A stretch of 64,000 nt of DNA from Geosiphon pyriformis uo1 (lineage: Eukaryota; Fungi; Glomeromycota): assembly GCA_016748015.1 (NCBI GenBank), contig JAAOMT010000710.1:558001-622000 (forward strand). Reading direction: 5' to 3'. Of the stretch, positions 1 to 11,151 are shown in pieces (position 1 is the stretch's first letter; each line of letters begins with the position of its first letter). The position numbers and the translations under genes are program-made. A model generated the notes under the pieces. The model was not told the origin of the DNA and did no database searches. It worked only from the letters and a program-made list of their open reading frames with translations.

Positions 1-526
1 ATAAATAATTATTTTATATCTCAATCCACTCTCCACTATCAACACTTCATGTTGATAGTAATTAATCCTTAACCACGCTGGAACAATAGCTCTTGATTAT
101 GGCTATTGACAAGATACTAATCTACCAAATGCCTTGGCTTATTTCTTTACATTTCTTTATTTTCGTTATTTTCTTTATTTTCTGTGATTTTGTTATTGTG
201 CACTAACCAATTGATTAAAAGTGCTGATTATTGACATCAAGGATTGCCTGGTAAAAGACCCCTGCGAGTGGGTAGGACACATACAGAAGATACGAATTAT
301 TTACTAGAAGATTGCCAGCCACCAAGCCGAGAAAAAAATTGACAGACTTGTGAGTTTGAGAAGCTACAGATAAAACAACTATTGAATCTCTGTCCATTAT
401 ACAAAGGACTCATTGGAAAAACCTTCAGATCCCAAAACCTTCAGTTTATCATCAATGCAAATAGTTGTTGAGCACCAAGTTATGGATTTGTTATTTGACT
501 TGAGACCCCAAAAAATCATTGTAACA
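1..526 (+). repeat. A0 5' LTR (partial)
   Basis: Ends TGTAACA, followed by TT and PBS; near-identical to ~19294-19819. Confidence 0.92.
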
Positions 527-528
527 TT

Positions 529-544
529 TGGTGCTCCCTGTGAG
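529..544 (+). promoter_or_regulatory. Primer-binding site TGGTGCTCCCTGTGAG
   Basis: Starts TGG 2 nt after the LTR; same motif at 1950, 38400, 57745 and 53480 (-). Implied tRNA 3' end (CCUCACAGGGAGCACCA) looks like elongator Met or Ile(UAU), not initiator Met; identity uncertain. Confidence 0.85.
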
Positions 545-1133
545 ATATAATCCTACAGAGAACCAGCACCAACAAACACCATCCAAAAGTGGCAGAATCA
601 GAAAATATAGGAGCAAACCATTTAGGATTCGCAAAATTCTTATTTCAATACTATTGTCAATACTTGGGATTAAACCACAATCATATATCCACCAAATCAG
701 CCTTCAATTTCTACATCAACAAAAAGATTTCTTCTTTGTTAGGAACACCAGTAAATACTGAATCAGCAAGGGAAACTTTCTATAAAGAATTAATTCAAAA
801 CACCAACCTACCAACAAATCATAATTTCGTATTTATCATCACTAAGATCAACCAAGAAATTGAACATCATACCCAACAAAGATATCCAATTACATACACT
901 AGTAAAGGCAAAGGAAAACTACAAACACCAGCAGTAACACCTAAAAGAATACAACCATCTACTTAGAAGAAAACAAGAGTTGAATCCCCAACCAATTCAT
1001 CTTATCATTATACACTCAGAAGTGCCATCAACATTTTATTAACAAGCACATCCACATCAAATGTGGCATTAACATTTGGATGATTCTCATTCCAAAGTAA
1101 ACAAAGGAAAACAGAATTATTAAGACCATACGA

Positions 1134-1947
1134 TGTTACTCATAGAAATATAGGAAATATATTAGCATAATTATTAGCCAATCAGAAGTAAGCATAGTAA
1201 ATGTGGAATTGCAGGATTCCTTTCAGGAATTGCAGGATTCCAGAAATTCCAGGATTCCTGTCGTGAATAATCGAGAAATTAAGGAATCTCAATTATGTAT
1301 ATATAGCAGTAGTGTTAGAAACAGAAAAGACAGAATCAATACCACAAAATCATTAGCCAAGAAACCAATCATCAAATAAATAATTATTCCATATCTCAAT
1401 TCACTATTCACTATCAACACTTTATGTTGATAGTAATTGATACTTAACCATGCTGGAACAATAGCTCTTGATCATGGCTATTGACAAGATACTAATGTAC
1501 TGAATTGCCTTGGCTTATTTCTTTATTTTCTTTAATTTTATTTTCTTTCTTTTTATTTTTTCTTTCTTTGATTTTTGTTGTTGTATACTAATTGAGAAAA
1601 AAGATTAAGCACTGAGTTATTGATGTCAAGGATAGCCTGATAAAAGACCCAGAAATAAGGGTAGAATTATATATATTAACAGATAGCTTACCAGAAGGGC
1701 ATAACTGCCAGAATAAATCTGGCCACCAAGCTGAGAAAAAAATTGGGCATAATTGTGGCTCCAGAAAAACTACTACCATCACCACTGAATCTCTGTCTAT
1801 TATATAAAGAACTTTACAACAAAACCTTCAGATCAACCAAAATCTTCAGATACCATACCTTCCATACATCATCCACAAAAGTAGCTTTTAAGCACCAAGT
1901 TACAGGTTTGTTATTCAATACAACAACAGAAATAATCATCTGTAACA
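1134..1947 (+). repeat. A1 5' LTR
   Basis: Direct repeat of 10355-11151; TATATATA 1298-1305; GGAATTCCAG-type array 1205-1260. Confidence 0.95.
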
Positions 1948-2009
1948 TTTGGTGCTCCCTGTGAGGTATAATTCTACAGAGAACCAGCACCGATAACACC
2001 AAACCAAAA

Positions 2010-5000
2010 GTGGCAGAATCAGAAATTATAGGAGCAAACCATTTAGGATTCGCAAAATCCTTATTTCAGCACTATTGTCAATACTTGGGATTAAATCACA
2101 ATCATATATCTGCCAAATCAGCCTTCAATTTCTACGTTAACAAAAAAATTTCCTCTTTATTAGGAACACCAGTGAATACTGAATCAGCAAGAGAAACTTT
2201 CTATAAGGAATTAATTCAAAACACCAATCTACCAACAAATCATAATTTTGCATCCATCATCACTGAAATCAACAAAGAAATTGAACACCACACTCAACAA
2301 AGATATCCAATTACATATGCTAGTAAAGGCAAAGGAAAATTACAAACACCCACAGTAACACCCTGAAAAATACAGCCACTTGCTTGGAAGAAAAACAGAG
2401 TTGAATCCCCAAGCAACCCATTATACTACTATACACCTAGAAGCACCATCAACATATCATCAACCAACACATTTCCATCAACTGCGACATCAGCATTTGG
2501 ACGATTCCCATTCCAAAGTAAACAAAGAAAAACAGAATTGTTAGAATCATACGGCAAATACTTTGAGAGATTTAATTCGCGATCATCAACCCCATCAGGA
2601 CTTCGATCACTACTGCCTCCACCAGATTTCAGAATCTTTGATTCGTGGGAAGCAGCAGAATTAGAAAAGGAGGAAGAAAAATCAGAGGATCAAGAATTTA
2701 CTTATCTATACCTGATCCCTGAAAACCCGGAAGTTGAAACCCTGAACATCCAAACTCAGCAACAGTTAGAAAATCCAAAAATTGAAACTCCGAATATTCA
2801 AATGCCGCCAAATCAAAGAAATCAAAACCCCGAATTAATTAATCAGCAAAACTTACCTCCAGTAATCATTATCAATCAACCGCCAATTAATCCCATAGCT
2901 GAACTCATACAGCAACCACTTCAGCTACCACCTCAACAGCCAGGACAACAACAACTGCTTCAACAGCCACCACAACCACTTAACTTAGATTCAATGGCCT
3001 ACACACCAATTGCAAAACTTGACAACTTTACGGGCAAAAAGGATGACATTCAAATATGGCTGAATGATATAGAAAAAGCCATCACAGCCAATGGATGGAA
3101 TAACGCTCAAGCAATGCAAGCCATTCACTACTTTCTCAAGGATACCACCAATTCATGGTATCAGAGCTTGATTAATAAACCACAAGATTTTAATGCCTTC
3201 AAAGCAGAATTCCTAAGATACTTCAGCAACAATAACAGTATCAATTGCCTAGTCAATGCATTCACCACCATGAAACAAGGAGAAATTGAAGCAGTCACTA
3301 CTTACTTGGGATGCTTCCATCAAAACCTATGCCAAATTCAAGCAATTGATGCCAACTATTTCATAGCACCACAAATACTCAATCAGTTTATCCGTGGCCT
3401 GTGCAGCAGCATCTTGCAACATGTACGTTCGTTGTATCCAGGCACTCTTCAAGATGTAGTCACACACGCCAAAGATTTTGAATCTGCCGAGTCAGAGGCT
3501 AACCATGCCCAAGCCGTTAATCTAATAATGAATAGATCATCTGAATTGGATTCCAAATTGGAGAAGTTCAGTGAATCAATCAATAAGAGATTGGAAAAAT
3601 ACTTAGCTGACAATCACGCCATTTATCAGCCTCCACAATGACGCAATAATCAAGGAAACTCTAATTGTGCCCAAAATCAACCACGTCCATCTTCATCAAC
3701 CAATCAACAGTGGCAACAGGAAACACGTATCTGCCACTATTGTGGTAAACAAGGACATATCTAAATTGACTGTCGCCAGTGTTTAAATAATCAACAATCA
3801 GGAAATCAATATCGAAACCCCGATCGCTGGTTCCAAACTTCGAATCAGTACCCAAATCAAAACCCACACGCTTACCTACCAGTGATGCAGTTATTAGTCT
3901 ATTAGTCTCCAGTATATCAACTTCCAATTTATCAGCTGCAGCCACAAGTAATATATTAACCGCAGCCACAAATAATCTATCAACCCCAACAGATCCAAAC
4001 ACTGCCCCAAAGCTTACCACTCAATAGAACCCAAAGACCGAGAATGACTCAACAGAGCTGGAAATCAGCAATAGTAGTCCATCAACTGATCTTCAGTTCT
4101 TCACAGCAACCATCTGGATTACACCAGTGGAATTCGGGTACTGATCAACCCCAGAACCCGAATTCCCAGAACTATTTAAGTCTTCTGGTCACCCCAGAAG
4201 ACACTTCAACCAATAACCTGGCATTTACCCAAAAACAACCACTCACCAGTAATATCTCACCTGCTACTATTACCGAAGACGAGTTATTGGCCATTATCTT
4301 CCCATTCGAATTTAAGAAAACAGCTGCAACACTATTATTTAGTGGAGCCTAAAGCCAAACCAATCACCACGATGTACACTGACGCCAAAGTTAAAGAACA
4401 ATCCATCAAATTGATCCTAGACAGTGGTTCCACAGGCAGCATAATTACAAGACAACTCATGAATTAATTAGGTCGCCAAGTTGATCAAGCTGCCAGTGCC
4501 AGAATCATTACAGCCGATGGAGTGATCAAAACTCCAATTGGCGAAATCAACGACTTTTCTTTTGAAGTCAATAGCATCATGACTTCCATTAAAGTTCTAG
4601 TAATGGAAGCCACTCAATACCAAGCTCTCGTTGGTAATGACTGGTTATTCAAAGTCAATGTAATGTTAGACTAAAACACTCAGGAACTCTAGCTAACATA
4701 TCAGGGCCAACACATATATGTTCCGGCCATGTGTGGCCACTTCAAAACTCCTCCAAGAGAGAAACTATTGATCGAACTAGAGGAGGAGAAAGAAAAACCT
4801 ACCTGGGAAGCTTACCAAATGTCGTGGGCAGACAAAGAGCACAACAAACTACCACCAATATTCTTCTGGGATGACAGCAACAAGAGAAAAGGGAAACAAA
4901 AGGAAGAACTTACTTGGGAAATTGATGACCTGACATGGACCGACAACAACAAGAGTGAACCGACTTCAAGCTGAGAATGGGAAGAGGACAAAGAAAATAA

Positions 5001-8000
5001 AGGAAAAGGGAAAGAAGAAGAGACCACTCAAACCACCACTGCTTATAACACCTTTACTATACTACAACAATTTATCTATTGTCAACCTAAGCTTATATGC
5101 ATCAATTGTGGCAAGAAATTGTTGTCAATGGGCGCATGCTGTAAGGACAATGAGGAATATTCAATGGCAACTAGGTTCTATTGCAGTCCATGTATCCTTA
5201 AATGCTTTGGAAGACCAAAATGAGTAGGAAAATGGGACAATCAGCCATGCTTAGCTTGTGGAGAGACTTTTTTGGACGAAAAAATGTGACATGACATTCC
5301 TGGACGTGGAGGAATGTGCGACGTAGAGTGTCAATACACAATTCTGATCAGTGATTGGGTTAAAAAGGGGACACCAATCGAAGCCACTTGGCAAAGAGCA
5401 GTGCAATGATTAGAAAGTTGTCCACATGACGACAATGAAATTTGGAGAATGGCAACCACCAAAATTGAAGTTGCGTTGCCAGAAGAAATCCGGACAATTA
5501 AAAACAACCCACCAGAACCTATCGAGCTTGACTGGAACGCAAAGCCAGTTATAAATTTTCTAGAACCAGAAGAGTTCCATGAACACTACCAAAACTTGGC
5601 ACCCACTAGAGAAGAGCAAGAACAACGGCTAGCACAGTTAAATACAAAACTGTGTTGCCATTGTTTAATTTCCAGTAACTTTGAATATTGTGACAATTGT
5701 GACCTTATTTACAATCCACTACCATGCATGATCTACTCGATTCCTGAAGAAGAAGAACCAATTGGCAGCTGTGCATTGGAATCAGAATCACTGATCAATC
5801 GTGATCCAGACTCCGACAATGACAATGAAAACACCAGTTCCAGCTCTGTTCAAAATGGCAATGACAATAAAAACGATTCAGACTCAGATTCAAAACCCGA
5901 TTTAAACTATGAACAATACATTGCACTACCAGATCTCTCCAAGAAACAAGAGTTGAAATGGTATAGTAACAATGGGGAAGGTATTATGCCAGAACGTGCA
6001 CATGATACGGATGCAGGGTTTGATTTGAGATATTCAGGAAAAGATGCCATCAAATTGGAACTGCATTCACACACCTGCATTGATCTGAAAATAGCACTTG
6101 AGATTCCGGCAACAACAATGGTTCAATTAGCATCTAGAAGTAGTTTAGTGAAAAAAGGGATCAATATAAGAGGAGGAATAATTAACGCGGGATATGTAGA
6201 AAATATCATCACCATGCTACAAAATGACTCAGAAAAGGCCTATATAATAGAGCCCAATGAAAAGATAGCACAGGCAATATTCCTGTCTCTGATTAGAGTA
6301 GTTCAGTTAGTGTTAATGGGAAAGAGGGAGGAATTAGGAATAACAGCAAAAGGAATACAAGGATTTGGATCAACGGGTAGAATAGATGTACCAGTTAATA
6401 TGGCGGAGGAAAAAATTGTTGGCCAAGGAGAAATTATTTCAACCAGTCAAGCTATTTCCATTCCATCATATAGCCAGTATATGTTAGCAATAGAAAAGAA
6501 GAAAAAGGAGCAAGAACAGATTTTTGAAGTGGAAGCAAACCTTTGTGAATCAGGAAAGATTGGGTTGATCAATCTCCACATACCAGCCAAAAGCTATAGC
6601 AGCATAAAAATTCCCATCTACAACAACACTGGCAATGTCATCAACATACCAGAAGGAACCACCATCAGATATTTAATTACAGAAATAGAAGACCAACCAC
6701 CAAACCCCATTCCAGACTTTCCACAACTTTGTGGATATGTTGACATTACATCATAAACAATTTATGGACAAGACAAATGTTATTTGCTCCAACCAGAACA
6801 ATTAGAACAAATGAACATGGGAAACTTAGATTCACTCCAATGTATGCAGCTCAAGATATTACTCAACAATTTCAACAACATCTTTGCCAGTGAAAATGAG
6901 TTTGGCTGAACTGACATCATCCAACATCAGATCAAAACTGGAGATGCAATGCCAATCAAACAAAGAGCATACAGAGTGCTGCCAGCCAGCCACAAGATTA
7001 TTTGTCAAGAGATAAACAGAATGCTTGACAATGGGCTAATTCAACCATCAATGAGTCCATGGTTATCACCAGTAATACTCGTCTATAAGAAAAATGGAAA
7101 AATCTGGTTTTGTGTAGACTACAGAAAACTCAATAGTGTAACTTGTGGAGACAGTTATCCAACTCCATGAATACAGGAATTATTTGATGTTTTCAGTAGG
7201 AACAAATGATTCTCCACATTAGATTTGAACAGTGGTTACTGGCAAGTAGCCATGAATCTAGCTGACAAAGAGAAGATGGCATTTACTACTAAAGAAGAGA
7301 ATTTCGAATTTGAAGTAATGTCATTCAGCTTAACCAATGCCCCAGCAACTTTCCAATGGCTAATGGAAATCATTTATACTGGCTTATTGTGGAAATTAGT
7401 AGTTGTATACTTGGATAACACCAATGTATTCTCAAAGACGTTTGATGATCATCTTCATTATCTTCAACAAGTATTCGAAAGACTAAGAAGAGCAGGACTA
7501 AAGTTAAATGTGACAAAGTGCTTCTTTGGCAAGACAGAACTCAAATTCTTGGGACACATAGTCAGCAAAGATGGCATCAAAACGGATCCAGAGAAAATAG
7601 AAATAGTAAAGAACTTTCCAGTACCAACCAATATAACAGAACTGAAATCATTCTTGGAATTTGCCAGTTACTATTGTCGTTTTATCAAGAACTTTTCCAA
7701 AATAGCGCAGCCACTCAATCAACTGCAAAACAAAAATGTGAAATATGAATGGACAGAAAGTCAACAAGAAGCTTTTGATATTCTGAGGAAAAAGCTCATC
7801 CAAGCTTTAGTACTGATCTATCCAGATTACAGCAAACCATTCATCATCACCACCAATGCATCTGGCCAAGCATAGGGAGCAGTATTATCTCAGAGAAAAC
7901 CAGACAGCAGAGAACATCCAGTAGCATATGCCAGCAGAGGTTTAACACCAGCTGAAAAGAACTATAAAACACTGGAACAAGAACACTTAGCAATATACTG

Positions 8001-8211
8001 GGCCATCATCAAATGGAAAGAATACTTGAGCCAGAAGTTTGAAGTATACACAGATCACAAGGGATTAACATCACTCCAAAAACAAGAATTTGAAGATGGA
8101 AGACAGTCAAGATGGAAAATGGCACTCGCACCATACAATTATACTACACATTACAAAAAGGGAAAAGACAATAGAAATGCTGATGGTTTATCGCGAATAA
8201 GACAAATCTAA
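2010..8211 (+). pseudogene. A1 ORF1: N-extension (GTG 2010), capsid (ATG 2994), CCHC (3732-3773), protease (~4411), Cys-rich (~5098-5705), dUTPase, RT, RNase H
   Basis: One frame apart from a small deletion near 4350 relative to A3; CHYCGKQGHIxIDC, LILDSGS, FCVDYRKLN, YLDN (decayed YLDD), YTDHK...NADGLSR. Confidence 0.92.
5959..6381 (+). pseudogene. dUTPase domain of A1 ORF1
   Basis: AHDTDAGFDL, RSSL, GGII(N/D)AGY, IAQAIF, GIQGFGSTG match the five dUTPase motifs. Confidence 0.92.
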
Positions 8212-8274
8212 GAACATTTTAACCCAAAAATATAATAAAACCAGAACAATACCAACGGAAAAATACAACAAAAG

Positions 8275-9657
8275 ATGAACATACAAAAATATCAACAATT
8301 GCAACATTATCTAAACACTCAACAGTTCAAAGAGAATTTATCTCATACGGAACGAAAAAATATCAAACAACAATCAAAATATTTTATTACTCACCAAAAT
8401 ATACTTTATCAGAAAAATAGAAGGGATTCAGATCAACCAACCAGAGTAATTATGGAGCCAGAAAAAGAGACAATATTATTTAACATGCACTCAAATCCAA
8501 CAGCAAGACATTTTCACAAAGAAGCAACCATGAAAAGAACTAGAAAAAAATACTATTGGCCATCAATGTACCCAAACATCATTCAATATGTTCAAAATTG
8601 TGATGCTTGTCAGTGAAGAGGAGGAACAAGACTCAGTGAATCATTAAGACCAATCAAAGTGGGACAACCATTTGACTGTATGAGAATTGATTTAGTCAGA
8701 CCATTAACAATCACCAGCAGAAGAAACAAATACATAGCAGTAGCTATGGATTATCTCACTAAATGGCCAGAGGCAAAAGCAATTCAAAGAGCAGATGCAG
8801 AATCCGTTGCTGAATTCGTTCATCAGGATTTAATTTGTCGACATGGATGTTCAAAAGAATTATTATCAGACCAAAGAACTCATTTTGTGAACAGAACATT
8901 AACAGAATTGAGCCAAAGATTCGGAATTAAGAGACCATTATCATCACCATACCATCCACAAACCAACGGATTAGTAGAAAGATTCAACAGAACATTGTGT
9001 GAAGCAATAGCCAAGCTCAGCCAAAAAAACCAGAACGATTGGAATTTGTTCATATCATCAGTATTATTTGCTTATTGGACAACGAAACAGGATACTATAC
9101 AAGCAACACTATTTGAATTAGTATATGGGAGAATAGCAATGTTACCAGTAGAGAGAGAAATTAATACATATCCAGCTGAACCAATAACAGAGAAAAATTT
9201 TCGAGAAACATTGCTGAAAAGAACATATGACTTAATGGAAACATTGGAAAACAAATGAAAAAGAGCAGCTGATAATATTCAAAAGTCACAAGAAACACAG
9301 AAAAAAAGACACAATAGTTAACTACTAGACAAACCAGCTGAATTCAAGATTGGAGACAAAGTATTACTACATCGTACCAAAGTAAAAAAACAATGGAATG
9401 GAAAATTTGACCCCAAATGGGATGGACCATTTCATATAGAAAAAATTCTAGGAAATAGAGCTTACAAATTAAGATTGGATAACAAAATTTAAACCAAAGC
9501 AGCACATGGAGATTGACTGAAACCATATCACAACATCACACTACCATCTACCAGTAATATTTCACAATTAGGAGTACAGAAAATACTAGTCCAACCAGAT
9601 GAGATTCCACGAGATCTGGAACCAATCATTATTATCGACAACAACACATTAAATTGA
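8275..9657 (+). pseudogene. A1 integrase ORF (separate from RT-RNase H)
   Basis: Own ATG after TAA 8209-8211; HHCC (H..H..CDAC), IDL, LSDQ, YHPQTNGLVERFN, WDGPF; no chromodomain. Confidence 0.9.
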
Positions 9658-9681
9658 TCCATCAAAAGAATATATAAAGAC

Positions 9682-10341
9682 ATGGTAGACGTGACAAAAA
9701 ATATCAGAAAAATGGAAATTACAGACAACATTTACTCACTAGCACAACAACTCTTTCAATTAATCCAACACCAGGAAATGGAGATTACAATCAATCAACA
9801 AACCATTCGATATCAAGATACTAGAAAGACATTTCAACTCAGAACACAGAAGAAAACTGAAAATACTGTGGACAAAATCATGACGAAAGTAAAATTAGCA
9901 ATAAAAGAATCGACAAAAGAGTCACTATATCAAGAGTTGACTAAAAAAACTTGGAATTGGTGGATACAACAATTTCCATGAAACTATTGTTATTTTTACT
10001 TGGGACAACACGTAAATATCTAGAATCTATATACAGATAAAACAAAGCAATTATTTAACAAAAGAATACTACAACAATTAGAACATTTTGTGGAAAAAAA
10101 CAACTTATCCACACAAGCCTGAGCCATATACCAAATACACACAGCATTTTAAGATAAACCAAAAATATTGCTCAACAGAGCAATGGATATGGTTACCAGT
10201 AATCAATTGGAAAAAATCACCAATGCTCAATTTGAAGAATTACAGACCCAAATAACACAAGTAATTCTTGAAAACGAAATCTAGAAAATACTTCAAGAGG
10301 GGGAATAACATGAGTTAGATTTCGATGGAGCTCAATATTAA
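9682..10341 (+). pseudogene. A1 ORF3, unknown ~219-codon protein between integrase and PPT
   Basis: Single frame with decay stops; homologues at the same position in A0, B1 and E1. Confidence 0.8.
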
Positions 10342-10354
10342 AAGGAGGAAATAA

Positions 10355-11151
10355 TGTTACTCATAGAAATATAGGAAATATATTAGCATAATTATTAGCC
10401 AATCAGAAGTAAGCGTAATAAATGTGGAATTCCAGGATTCCTCTCAGGAATTGCAGGATTCCTGTCGTGAAGAATCGAGGAATTGAGGAATCCCAATTAT
10501 GTATATATAGCAGTAGTGTTAGAAACAGAAAAGACAGAATTGATACTACAGAATCCTTAGCCAAGAAACCAATCATCAAATAAATAATTATTCCATATCT
10601 CAATTCACTATCCACTATCAACACTTCATGTTGATAGTAATTGATACTTAACCACACTGGAACAATAGCTCTTGATTATGGCTATTGACAAGATACTAAT
10701 GTACCAAATTGCCTTGGCTTATTTCTTTATTTTCTTTAATTTTATTTTTTTTCTTTTTATTTTTTTTTTCTTTGATTTTTGTTGTTGTATACTAATTGAG
10801 AAAAAAGATTAAGCACTGAGTTATTGATGTCAAAGATAGCCTGGTAAAAGACCCAGAAATAAGAGTAGAATTATATATATTAACAGATAGCTTACCAGAA
10901 GGGCACGACTGCCAGAATAAATCCAGCTGCCAAGCTGAGAAAGAAATTGGGCATAATTGCAACTCCAGGAAAACTACTACCATCACCACTGAATCTCTGT
11001 CTATTATACAAAAAACTCCACAACAAAACCTTCAGATCAACCAAAACTTTCAGATACCATACCTTCCACACATCATCCACGAAAGTAGCTTTTGAGTACC
11101 AAGTTACAGATTTGTTATTCAATACAACAACAAAAATAATCACCTGTAACA
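10355..11151 (+). repeat. A1 3' LTR
   Basis: Preceded by purine tract AAAAGGAGGAAATAA; repeat of 1134-1947. Confidence 0.95.

Larger units (their letters stand above)
1134..11151 (+). mobile_element. Full-length Ty3/Gypsy element A1 (~10.0 kb) nested in gag of A0
   Basis: TGTTAC...GTAACA termini, paired LTRs, PBS 1950, PPT ~10340-10354, TSD ACGA (1130-1133)/ACGG (11152-11155); removing it restores PYGEYFERF in A0 gag. Confidence 0.96.

Noticed and set aside
1626-1710. Hairpin or hammerhead ribozyme in the LTR (CCTGGTA / ACCAGA)
   Set aside because: Hairpin loop B strands (AGAAACA, GUAUAUUAC) and the hammerhead core CUGAUGA/GAAA were not found
1743-1964. U5 ORF in frame with gag, ending at the TGA in the PBS
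   Set aside because: TTG start, and U5 sequence is not conserved as protein between subfamilies
8212-8274. Short intron removing the RH-INT stop
   Set aside because: No GT donor in the A1 spacer and the E1 spacer is only 10 nt; a long-range splice remains possible
9682-10341. ORF3 as env
   Set aside because: Short, with no signal peptide or transmembrane helix
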